Assembly: GCA_049598495.1 (NCBI GenBank)
Contig: JBMYNR010000006.1
Coordinates: forward strand, 1-58,057
Direction of reading: 5' to 3'
From: Opitutales bacterium
GTDB taxonomy: Bacteria > Verrucomicrobiota > Verrucomicrobiia > Opitutales > Coraliomargaritaceae
DNA length: 58,057 nt
Both the position numbers and the translations under genes were made by a program. The notes under the pieces were generated by a model that saw only the letters and a program-made list of their open reading frames with translations, made no database searches and was not told the DNA's origin. Positions 24,086 to 33,002 of this stretch are shown in pieces (position 1 is the stretch's first letter; each line of letters begins with the position of its first letter).

Positions 24086-24502
24086 TCAGCGAGATTCGGA
24101 ATCAGCCCATGCGGATTCAATCAACATCAGGAGATCTCCAGGGGGGCGCTGCCCCTTGCCGTTGCGATCCATAAAGCCGTGGCTTGACTGGCCTGTTGCC
24201 AGGACCTCGTCGCCGCGACGCACCTCGTATTCAAAGTGCATACGCACACGCGGCTTCTTTTTCATGAAGAGGTGAATATCCAAATGATCGTCGAAGCGTG
24301 CCGGACTCCTATATTCGGCACTCACACTGAGGACGGGAAGGAAAAGACCGCGCGCCTCGATCTCACTATATGGGATACCGATCTGGTCCAGCATTTGAAT
24401 CCGAGCCGTCTCAAACCAGACCAGATAGTTACTATGATAAACCACATCCATGCGGTCGGTTTCGGCGTAGCGAACACGAATCTTTGAAACACTATGAATC
24501 AT
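24086..24502 (-). CDS. acyl-CoA thioesterase (YbgC/4HBT family)
   Basis: RVRYAETDRMDVVYHSNYLVWFE. Confidence 0.92.
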   Translation of the reverse strand: MIHSVSKIRVRYAETDRMDVVYHSNYLVWFETARIQMLDQIGIPYSEIEARGLFLPVLSVSAEYRSPARFDDHLDIHLFMKKKPRVRMHFEYEVRRGDEVLATGQSSHGFMDRNGKGQRPPGDLLMLIESAWADSESR

Positions 24503-25167
24503 GATGACAGATCAAGCGCTTCAGAAAGTTCAGGCAAGCCCGCAAAGGCGGCGCAGGCCCCCGCCTCGAGTAGTTCATCCACAGCGTGAGCACCCGTAGC
24601 CACGCAGTAACAAGCGATACCGATTTTTTGTGCTACGGCGACGTCGGTCGGCGAGTCGCCTACGATTACAGCATTATCCTTTTTTGCATCGATGCGCTTA
24701 AGAACGTATTCCGTAAGCGCTGCCTCGGGTTTGTTCCACTCGGTATCACCACTACCTACACAGTTGGGAATATACTTCGAAAAGCCGGCATAGCGACTGA
24801 CCTTACGCGCAGTGTCCCCATGTTTATTCGTAAAGAGAGCCTGCGGTATGCGCGCCTTGTAAGCTTTTTCAATTAATTCCATGCCACCGGTTAAAATAAT
24901 CAAGCCGTCAAACATAACGGTAGGGAATAACTCACGGAAGGCACGCCCAGCGGCATCCAGCTCTATTTCCGGAACGAAGAGTCGCATGGTTGAGGACATG
25001 GGGCCGCCAAGGCTCCGCTTGATCACATCAGGATCAGGATCGGCGTAGCCCATTTTTTTGATGACCTGCGTGTAGCAATGGATAATCGCCGCCGTCTGGT
25101 CGATCAATGTGCCGTCCAAATCCCATAGGATTGCGCTGGGGCGGGGGAGAGATGGCTCACTTTTCAT
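24499..25167 (-). CDS. HAD family hydrolase (phosphoglycolate phosphatase-like)
   Basis: WDLDGTLID, FTNK, KP, VGDSPTD. Confidence 0.9.
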   Translation of the reverse strand: MKSEPSLPRPSAILWDLDGTLIDQTAAIIHCYTQVIKKMGYADPDPDVIKRSLGGPMSSTMRLFVPEIELDAAGRAFRELFPTVMFDGLIILTGGMELIEKAYKARIPQALFTNKHGDTARKVSRYAGFSKYIPNCVGSGDTEWNKPEAALTEYVLKRIDAKKDNAVIVGDSPTDVAVAQKIGIACYCVATGAHAVDELLEAGACAAFAGLPELSEALDLSS

Positions 25168-25838
25168 TAGATTGAATCTACCAATGGTCTATCGAGACCA
25201 AAGAGTTTTTGCCCAAGATCATAGAGATCCGAATAGATGCGTTCGCGGTCGATGCATTCCGACAGCGAGTCGATGTCGTGACTCCCGGTTGCCACGAGAT
25301 AGCAGGGCACGCAACCACCCTCGGCGGCAGCCGCATCGTAAGGCGAGTCGCCTATTATAATGGCCTCCTCTGAGGCACAGTCCATTTTCTCCAATGCATA
25401 GGCTGTAAAAATCGGATCGGGTTTTCGGTAAGGGCAATCCGAGTCACCTGTCCCGACAATGGTATCAAGCCAATGATCCAGTCCCAAATGTTCGAGCACT
25501 GCACGAGTATGGTCCACAAACTTATTGGTAAACACTCCGATACGGGCACCTCGCTCTTTAAGCGATTTGAGAATCCACATAGCGCCAGGCAGGGCGAATA
25601 CATCTTCGAAAATGTGTTCATTGAAATGATCTCGAAAATGAAGAATCGCCGCCTCTAGATCCTTCTTGCCACAAAGTTTTTCCAAGGTAACGGCAGCGGA
25701 GCCACCAACCGTAGCACGAACGGTAGCGTAATCACTCTCGGGTAGTCCGAGTTGCTTTTGTGCATAGACCACGCTCCTATGGATCGTCGAAAAGTGATCA
25801 ATCAATGTTCCGTCCAGATCAAATAGGATGTATTGCAT
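25167..25838 (-). CDS. HAD family hydrolase (phosphoglycolate phosphatase-like), tandem paralogue
   Basis: FDLDGTLID, FTNK, KPDP, IGDSPYD; start at ATG 25838 (MQYILF). Confidence 0.9.
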   Translation of the reverse strand: MQYILFDLDGTLIDHFSTIHRSVVYAQKQLGLPESDYATVRATVGGSAAVTLEKLCGKKDLEAAILHFRDHFNEHIFEDVFALPGAMWILKSLKERGARIGVFTNKFVDHTRAVLEHLGLDHWLDTIVGTGDSDCPYRKPDPIFTAYALEKMDCASEEAIIIGDSPYDAAAAEGGCVPCYLVATGSHDIDSLSECIDRERIYSDLYDLGQKLFGLDRPLVDSI

Positions 25839-25943
25839 GTTAAAAAGTGCTTTATTCTGGAGAGGATTCACCACAGTTATAGAGGCATATGCATGCGGTG
25901 TTTGTTCTCTTTGGCAAGCGTTGGTGTGTCGTCGGATCAAACT

Positions 25944-27227
25944 ATGATGAAATCGATACAGAAAGCGGACTGGAATGCACGCCGGAAGGGTGCCGATATA
26001 TGGAAGTTGCTGGGACCTGGGATTCTCGTTGCCTGCGCTGCGGTAGGCGGCTCCCACTTGGTCTGGTCGACACGGGCAGGCGCTGAGTTCGGCTGGTCTT
26101 TGCTCTGGTTGGTGCTGCTTGCAAATACGCTAAAATTTCCCTTCTTTCTCTATGGTCAGAGATATGCCGCCGCTACAGGAGAGAGTCTATTGGCAGGATA
26201 TAAGCGGCTTGGTGTCGGCTACGTATGGATATTTCTCATCGTCAATATCCTAACAGGCACCATCAATATCGCTGGCGTCAGTATGCTGACCGGTGCCTTG
26301 CTTTCTGGTTACGGAAACACCGCAATCCCAATTCCGCACGTCACGGTTGGCGTCCTCATGACTTGCGCATTCCTGCTCATCCTTGGTCACTATAAATTGC
26401 TCGACGGATTAGCCAAAGTGATCATCGCCATACTGGGTATCAGTACGATCGCCGCGGTCGCCTTCGCAATTCCCAATCGTCCCGATATGGCGGCCGACTT
26501 TGTCGCCCCGAGCGCCTATCATTGGGCCTCCTTCGCATTTATAATCAGCCTGCTCGGGTGGATGCCGGCGCCCATCGATCTCTCAGCATGGTCCTCCCTC
26601 TGGATGTTCAGTCGTAAAAAACAGACGGGGCATTTCGCCACCGTAAAGGAGTCTTCCATCGACTTCTACATCGGCTATCTCTCGGCCGTTTTCCTAGCCG
26701 TGCTTTTCCTTGCCTTAGGTGTTCTTGTCATGTTCGGCACGGGCGAGAGTTTTGCGGCCGGCGGGGTCGGCTTATCCCAGCAGCTCGTCAATCTCTATGC
26801 TGTAACAATCGGGGACTAGTCCCGATGGCTCATCCTTTCGGCCGCCTTTGTCACCATGTTCAGCACCTCGCTGACCTGCCTCGACGGTTATCCGCGCTCG
26901 CTGTCTGCCTGTTGCGTTTTAATCAAGGGCCTCCCGCAGGAGAATTTTGATCGCATTCGAACGGTTTGGATTCTCGTTTCGACCATACTTTCGAGCATCG
27001 TCGTCCTCTTCTTCGTTAAGAATCTCCTGCAGCTTCTCAGCTTCGCCGCAATCATTTCCTTCATGACTTCACCGATCCTCGCGTATATCAACTACCGGGT
27101 CATGAGCGGCGAAAACGTACCGGAAGCACATCGACCGGGCCCTGTCCTTAAAACACTCAGCTGGGCCGGTTTGCTTTTCTTTACTTTGATGACACTTGGC
27201 TATCTCTACGTCACCTTCGTGCGTTAG
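25944..27227 (+). pseudogene. NRAMP-like (APC superfamily) transporter interrupted by an in-frame TAG at 26817-26819
   Basis: LGPGILVACAAVGGSHLVWSTRAGA, GWMPAP; the two ORFs are in frame and join as YAVTIGD*SRWLILSAAFVTMFST, giving ~427 aa. Confidence 0.8.
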
Positions 27228-27459
27228 TTCTACTTAGTTAAATTCCCGATTCAAAGAATTGTAGCACGATGACGATAGTCATTGTGAGCCGTTCCTATCG
27301 ATATAATACTGGCGATGTTCATTCAGCTGCCCAAGGGGCGCCCGCTTCATTCTCCCTTCGGACTTCGCCATCTACGCACTTCCGTGCTCCGTCGCCAGCG
27401 TTCGGCACAGAAATCTGTATTCAAAATCCTAAACTCTCCAATCTAACTAAGTAGAACTA
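27225..27459. mobile_element. MITE-like element, 235 bp, with TA-ended terminal inverted repeats
   Basis: TAGTTCTACTTAGTTA (27225-27240) and TAACTAAGTAGAACTA (27444-27459) form a perfect 16-bp IR (19/20 when extended); no convincing ORF inside. Confidence 0.75.
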
Positions 27460-27831
27460 GTCCGGCGTCTCAAGATCGACGTAGTCCTCGGGAACGAAGC
27501 GGGGCGTGCAGAGCGCCAGAAAGATCAAATCCTCGTCACCCGTATTTCGAATCCGTTGACGGCAGCACGGTGGAATCAAAACCACATCGCCGGCCCGCAC
27601 GACTTGGGCCGCTAACTCGCCGACCTCGACCTCGCCGGAACCGCTTAGGATCACGTAGCGCTCCGTCGACTCCTGCAGATGATGCCATCTGGTCGTGACG
27701 CCGGGCTCAACCCGCGCCCGCGCAATTGAGAGCGCCGCATCGTCCTCCGCATTCAAAAGCTCGGTTATATGGCAGAGCTCCTCGGTGAAATACTCACCAA
27801 TCAAGTCTTCAATAACGATCTTCGGGTCCAT
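27457..27831 (-). CDS. cupin domain protein
   Basis: TRWHHL...ERYVILSGSG...GDVVLIPP...QRIRNTG. Confidence 0.9.
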   Translation of the reverse strand: MDPKIVIEDLIGEYFTEELCHITELLNAEDDAALSIARARVEPGVTTRWHHLQESTERYVILSGSGEVEVGELAAQVVRAGDVVLIPPCCRQRIRNTGDEDLIFLALCTPRFVPEDYVDLETPD

Positions 27832-27843
27832 TTTGCCTGTGGG

Positions 27844-28554
27844 CTAGCTCCGCTCACCTTCGACTGGTTTAGGTTTTTTGTGCATAATTCTCCGAAGCAA
27901 AATGACGGTCAGATCAAGCAAGGCGAAGATCGCAGAAACCACTAGAAAGAGGATGGTAAAAAAGACCGGATATAGGAAATACCCGATTCCCCAATAGCCA
28001 TCATCGACACCAAAGAAAATGAGCTTAGGCTCGAGTGCGGCAATCTCCGGATCTAGCGAAAGCGTTTCAACCACGATTCTGTAATCCTGATCTGTCTCGA
28101 ACGGGATGCGGCGTCCCTTTTCAACAGATAGTGCGCTGTAGCCATGCTCAAGATAACGAAACGCGAATCCATAACTCTTAGTGAACTCTCTTAATGAATA
28201 CACTTTGTCGCGTAGTAACTGGCCATTCGCGTCTTCGATGAAAACCCGAATGGAAGAGTCTGTCCCAGATGTTCCGAGCAGACCAAGTAAGCGGCCCGAA
28301 GGATGTCTTATATAGGTGTCGGCCGCACCTTCCCAAAACGCGACTTGAGTCATGTATCCTGTGCTGTGGAAGTTATTTGAAATTACTTCGACTGTGCTTC
28401 CAGCGACCAGAGGGATAGGAATTTCTACAGGTATGATCTTCTTCTCCAGTCGATGGTATTGAATAACCTTGTTTGCTCCGAACCCCAAACAGAGAACGGC
28501 AATTGAAAGATAGAAAAGCGGTCTGATTTTCACGATCAACGGGGTCGATTCCAA
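27844..28554 (-). CDS. hypothetical membrane protein
   Basis: 236-aa ORF with N- and C-terminal hydrophobic helices; start uncertain. Confidence 0.65.
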   Translation of the reverse strand: MESTPLIVKIRPLFYLSIAVLCLGFGANKVIQYHRLEKKIIPVEIPIPLVAGSTVEVISNNFHSTGYMTQVAFWEGAADTYIRHPSGRLLGLLGTSGTDSSIRVFIEDANGQLLRDKVYSLREFTKSYGFAFRYLEHGYSALSVEKGRRIPFETDQDYRIVVETLSLDPEIAALEPKLIFFGVDDGYWGIGYFLYPVFFTILFLVVSAIFALLDLTVILLRRIMHKKPKPVEGERS

Positions 28555-28572
28555 TACATGGTCGACACAGCC

Positions 28573-29859
28573 CTACTGCTGCAGAATGAAGGGCTGGACT
28601 GCGCTGAGCATCCGCTCGGGAACGGAGGCGACGAGGTAAAAGCCTTCGTTGCGGGCCTCTTCTTTACGAACACCGCCCTCACGGTGTAGACGGGCCACAA
28701 GATCGTAGCGCTCGTGGGGGATCAACAGGCGCAACTGAGCGAAGTCGGCCTCGATAATGGCTTCCATCCGGTCCTGCAGGGCTTCGATGCCTTCGCCTGT
28801 GTGGGCGCTAATGAAGAGAGCTTCGGGGTGCTTCAAGCGGAGATCCTCTCGGGTGGCCTCATCCCAGAGGGCATCCACCTTATTAAAGACCGTGATAATC
28901 TTCTTATTCCTGGCTCCAAGTTCCTTGAGCACCGAGAGAGTGGTTTCTGCGTGGGCATCGACCTCGGGACTATTCACATCAAGAACATGCAGCAAGAAAT
29001 TGGAAACAATTGCTTCCTCAAGAGTCGCCTTAAACGCATCCACGAGACGGTGGGGAAGGTTACGGACGAAACCAACCGTATCGGTAATCACCATCGGTTG
29101 CCCCGAGGGGAGGGGGCATCGCCTGGAAGTGGGATCGAGTGTGGCAAAGAGTTTATCCTCCGCCAAGATATCGGAGTTGGTCAGTTTATTGAGAAGAGAG
29201 GATTTGCCCGCATTGGTGTAGCCGACAATGGCACAGGTCGGCACGGGGACAGTCATCCGCTTCTTCCGCTGGGTCTCACGGTGCTGGATAACGCTCTCGA
29301 GCTCGCGCTTCACCCGAGCAATCTGGGTGCGCACCATCCGTTGGTCGAGCTCGAGCTGAGTTTCACCCGCATCTCGCTGCATGGCGCCACCGCCACGTTG
29401 ACGGCTGAGGTGGGTCCATGCGCTTTTCAGACGGGGCAGATTGTGCTCCAACCTCGCGAGCTCAACTTGAAGCACGGCCTCCTTGGTCTGTGCGCGGTCG
29501 CCGAAAATATCGAGAATGACTTCCTGTCGGTCGATGACGAGAATCTTGTCTTCCGCAAGTTGCTCCCAATTTCGTTGCTGTGCAGGTGTCAGTTCATTGT
29601 CGAAAATGATGACATCGCAATTATGCGCCTTGGCCTCGGCCACCAGTTCTTCAGCCTTACCTGAGCCGACGAGGAGCTTGGCTTGGGGTTTACGGATCGG
29701 AACGAGTCGCTCGTGAATAATCCCGAATCCGACTGTATTGACCAGTTCACGCAACTCATCCAGTAGACTTCTTGTATTACTGGTGGTATCATCAGGCAGT
29801 GTCACGCCTATAAGCATGGCGCGCTCGACGATGGTCGGTCTCTCTTTGACGTCGTGCAT
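28573..29859 (-). CDS. hflX: GTPase HflX
   Basis: GETQLELD, GYTNAGKSS, LFATLDPT, DTVGF, NKVD. Confidence 0.97.
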   Translation of the reverse strand: MHDVKERPTIVERAMLIGVTLPDDTTSNTRSLLDELRELVNTVGFGIIHERLVPIRKPQAKLLVGSGKAEELVAEAKAHNCDVIIFDNELTPAQQRNWEQLAEDKILVIDRQEVILDIFGDRAQTKEAVLQVELARLEHNLPRLKSAWTHLSRQRGGGAMQRDAGETQLELDQRMVRTQIARVKRELESVIQHRETQRKKRMTVPVPTCAIVGYTNAGKSSLLNKLTNSDILAEDKLFATLDPTSRRCPLPSGQPMVITDTVGFVRNLPHRLVDAFKATLEEAIVSNFLLHVLDVNSPEVDAHAETTLSVLKELGARNKKIITVFNKVDALWDEATREDLRLKHPEALFISAHTGEGIEALQDRMEAIIEADFAQLRLLIPHERYDLVARLHREGGVRKEEARNEGFYLVASVPERMLSAVQPFILQQ

Positions 29860-29991
29860 TTGAGGAAGGGAGCATGGAACGTAGAAGACTTCTAAAGGAA
29901 ATCCACTACGAAATCGAACTTATTGAACGAAGCAGGTATAGAAACGAAAAGGGCACCCTAATAGCCAGATTGAAGGAACCCAGTTTGACTC

Positions 29992-30016
29992 GGGCGTCGC
30001 TAGCGGCACCCCTACG
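29992..30016 (-). repeat. GTAG-type REP-like palindrome
   Basis: Minus strand CGTAGGGGTGCCGCTAGCGACGCCC: a GTAG foot plus an imperfect GC-rich hairpin. Confidence 0.5.
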
Positions 30017-30082
30017 GAACAGTGTTCGATGCGGGGCATTTTTTGATTCGCTAGAGCGGTGGATTTCCTTTCTCTTGTCGGC

Positions 30083-30766
30083 ATGCTCCAAGCTTCCGAT
30101 TTTTTCGAATTTCCGTCTTCGCTTCCCTTTGCCTCAAAATTCCCCCCCGAGGCGGCACCTTGGGAGTGGTTACCTCAGATCAAGGAGGCACTGGCCGCTC
30201 ATACGTTTGCACCTGTGTCCACAGAGTTGCCTGCGGGCCTGGAAGTTATCGGTGATGTTTACATCCACCCAACTGTGTCACTGCCGGCCTTTGGTTCAAT
30301 CAAGGGCCCTGCGTATATTGGCGAAGGCTGTGAACTGCGTCCTGGAGTATTTATCCGGGGCAATGTCATCGCAGGCAAGGGCTGCGTGCTTGGGAATTCC
30401 TGCGAATTCAAGAACTGCCTGCTCTTAGATGGCGCTCAAGTGCCTCATTTTAGCTACGTCGGCGATAGTATTTTGGGTCATGCTGCACATTTGGGTGCAG
30501 GTGCCATCTGCTCCAACCTTCGTCTCGACCAGGCCGATGTGGCCGTCACGCTGCCCGATGGTTCGCGGCAAACAACAGGTCTGCGTAAGCTCGGTGCGAT
30601 TGTGGGCGATGGAGCAGAGGTAGGGTGCAATGCCGTTTTGAATCCGGGGGCCATCTTGGGGAAGCGCTCACTTGTCATGCCCTCAATGGCCTTTCGTGGT
30701 TCGCTTGCCGCGGAAACCATTGCTTTTCACAAAGAGCCAATCCGGACGGCCCCGCGAACGAACTAG
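30083..30766 (+). CDS. hexapeptide-repeat acyltransferase (GlmU C-terminal-like)
   Basis: GPAYIG, GNSCEFKN, PHFSYVGDSILG, HLGAG, RKLGAIVGD; no nucleotidyltransferase domain; start at ATG 30083. Confidence 0.85.
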   Translation: MLQASDFFEFPSSLPFASKFPPEAAPWEWLPQIKEALAAHTFAPVSTELPAGLEVIGDVYIHPTVSLPAFGSIKGPAYIGEGCELRPGVFIRGNVIAGKGCVLGNSCEFKNCLLLDGAQVPHFSYVGDSILGHAAHLGAGAICSNLRLDQADVAVTLPDGSRQTTGLRKLGAIVGDGAEVGCNAVLNPGAILGKRSLVMPSMAFRGSLAAETIAFHKEPIRTAPRTN

Positions 30767-30769
30767 TCG

Positions 30770-31396
30770 ATGCACGCTCAACCCTATGGTGATCGTGGTT
30801 GGTTGATCACTGATATGAGTGATCACGAGCGGGCCAATTGCCTCGACGCGCTGGAGGAGGCCCTTCCGGCCGGATGCGAAGAGTATGTGGTCGGCTACGA
30901 TAGTGTGTTGCTGGTTGGAGAGCCGTATGTTCTAAAGGATGCAATCGCTGGCTTGATTGATGATTCAAGCGGAAACGGCGCCGGAACTTCGCCTCGGACG
31001 ATAGAAATCCCCGTCCACTATGACGGCTCTGATCTGAAGTCAGTGGCGGAGACGATCGGCGTGCCAATCGATGAAGTGATCTCACGGCACAGCGCACCTG
31101 TCTACACGGTCCGCATGATGGGCTTCAGTCCGGGTTTTCCGTATCTCGACGGGCTTCATCCATCTTTGGTGCTCGAGCGCCGAGCCTCGCCGCGGGTCCG
31201 GATCGAGCCGGGCAGTGTCGCGATTGGCGGTCCGCACGCAGGGGTTTATACCGTAGCCAGTCCGGGGGGCTGGCATATCCTCGGGCGCACCCACGCCAAG
31301 CTCTTCCAACCCGATGCCGCAAAGGGTGATCGTATCGTTCCTTCAGAAGTTTTCGCCCTTTCGGTCGGCGATCACGTTCAATTCAGGCCCGTCTAA
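30770..31396 (+). CDS. pxpB: 5-oxoprolinase subunit B family
   Basis: IPVHYDGSDL, GFSPGFPYL, GSVAIGG, SPGGWHILGRT. Confidence 0.88.
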   Translation: MHAQPYGDRGWLITDMSDHERANCLDALEEALPAGCEEYVVGYDSVLLVGEPYVLKDAIAGLIDDSSGNGAGTSPRTIEIPVHYDGSDLKSVAETIGVPIDEVISRHSAPVYTVRMMGFSPGFPYLDGLHPSLVLERRASPRVRIEPGSVAIGGPHAGVYTVASPGGWHILGRTHAKLFQPDAAKGDRIVPSEVFALSVGDHVQFRPV

Positions 31397-31397
31397 G

Positions 31398-32243
31398 ATG
31401 TTGCTCGAAATCGAACGAACCGGGGTACTCATGAACCTGCAGGACGACGGGCGTAGCGGCTGGCGACGCTTCGGTGTGCCTGCGGCCGGAGCGATGGATC
31501 GCGCGGCGATGTCGATGGCCAACACGCTCTTAGGGAACACAGCTGAGGTGCCCGTCTTGGAGGTTGCTCATTTGGGTGCACGGATACGAGTCCTAAAGGA
31601 CACTTGGTTGAGTATCGCGGGTGCGGATCACTGCAGTGGCTTAGCAGCCGGCACGGCACGGCGTTTCAAGGCAGGCGAGTTACTCGAGTGGGATCAACGA
31701 TCAACGGCGGTATTCAGTTACCTCGCTGTTCCAGGTGGCTTCGATTCAGAACAATGGTTTGGAAGCGCATGCTCAGATCCACGCAACGGCCTTGGTCGAC
31801 CATTAAGAACAGGTGCGATTTTGGACTCACTCGGCGGGATCAACGAATCAGGGGTCGCGCGACGTTTGAGCACAGAGCCGCTGAGCTCGATCTCCGGCGA
31901 AACGCATTTTGAGATGTTCCCCGGTCCCCAGTTTGATTTAATTCGCGAGAAAAGTCGGGCACTTCTCGCCGATTCTACTTGGACGGTCTCGACCCAGTCC
32001 GATCGAACGGGTTATCGCCTGAACGGCCCCGCAATAACCGCGGCGCCCATGACTTCAAGCGAACCCGTGCTACCGGGCAGCTTTCAGATTCCGGGCAACG
32101 GCTTACCGATTGTAACGATGCACGATGGGCCTACGGTCGGCGGCTACGTCAAACTGGCGGTCTTAAAGTCATCCGATCTCGACCGCTTTGCTCAATGTGC
32201 ACCAGGCACCAAAATAACTTTCTCATGGCTTCAATCCTCTTGA
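31398..32243 (+). CDS. pxpC: 5-oxoprolinase subunit C family
   Basis: QDDGRSG...GVPAAGAMD, SDRTGYRL, QIPGNGLP, TVGGY. Confidence 0.88.
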   Translation: MLLEIERTGVLMNLQDDGRSGWRRFGVPAAGAMDRAAMSMANTLLGNTAEVPVLEVAHLGARIRVLKDTWLSIAGADHCSGLAAGTARRFKAGELLEWDQRSTAVFSYLAVPGGFDSEQWFGSACSDPRNGLGRPLRTGAILDSLGGINESGVARRLSTEPLSSISGETHFEMFPGPQFDLIREKSRALLADSTWTVSTQSDRTGYRLNGPAITAAPMTSSEPVLPGSFQIPGNGLPIVTMHDGPTVGGYVKLAVLKSSDLDRFAQCAPGTKITFSWLQSS

Positions 32244-32938
32244 ATTGCGATCTCGGTGAAAACGAGCCGATCGAACAGACCACGACTCTGCTCGACGCGG
32301 TCGATGCAGTAAGCATCTGTTGCGGCTATCACGCGGGGAATCGCGAAAAGACCTCGCGGACCATCGGACTGGCCAAAGCGAAGGATGTTCTCATCGGCGC
32401 ACACCCTGGACTCGCCCATGCGGGTGGTCGTGGCGATAGTCTACCCTCAGTGGCAGAATTTGAATTACTCCTCCAGACCCAACTCGGCTTCTTCAAAACG
32501 CTGGCGAAAGAGCAGGGCGCCACACTTGCCTATGTAAAATTGCATGGATGCCTCTACCATGCAGTCGAGCAACTCGCCCCCTTGCGCGAGAGCTTTCTCA
32601 ATTGCATTCGTAATCTGGAGGGCAAAATAGCTGTCGTCGTGCTGGCGGGAGGGGCGACCGCTCGGGAGGCCAGGGAGAACAATATTGCGATTTACGAGGA
32701 GATCTTTGCCGATCGCGCCTACACATCGACTGGACAGCTCGTACCAAGATCCGAACCTGGAGCCGTGCTCTCGGGCGCGGAGGCCCTTGACCGTTTTGAA
32801 GCCTGGCTAAAGGCAGGGCATATGCCCGTTGTCGACGGGGCCCCCATTGAGTTGTCGGGCGACATGGTCTGTGTCCATGGCGACACACTGGATGCCGTAG
32901 AATTGATCTCGAGCTTGCGCGAACTCTGCGCCGGCTGA
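32225..32938 (+). CDS. pxpA: 5-oxoprolinase subunit A (LamB/YcsF)
   Basis: LNCDLGE, CGYHAG, GAHPG, EIFADRAY, CVHGD. Confidence 0.9.
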   Translation: MASILLNCDLGENEPIEQTTTLLDAVDAVSICCGYHAGNREKTSRTIGLAKAKDVLIGAHPGLAHAGGRGDSLPSVAEFELLLQTQLGFFKTLAKEQGATLAYVKLHGCLYHAVEQLAPLRESFLNCIRNLEGKIAVVVLAGGATAREARENNIAIYEEIFADRAYTSTGQLVPRSEPGAVLSGAEALDRFEAWLKAGHMPVVDGAPIELSGDMVCVHGDTLDAVELISSLRELCAG

Positions 32939-33002
32939 TTTGGCCATATTCCAAAATAATTTAAGCTAGCATCGATCACGCAGCTCGGTAATTTCCAGTT
33001 CA

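Noticed and set aside
26817..26819. Genome-wide TAG recoding or pyrrolysine
   Set aside because: Many intact genes here end in TAG (e.g. pyrD, ppdK, nadE, hemL), and no pyl genes are seen.
28714..29664. 316-aa plus-strand ORF (similar cases at 12298-12948 and 55601-56404)
   Set aside because: Each lies fully antisense to a well-supported gene (hflX, ffh, thrS), has no motifs, and is expected from codon bias.
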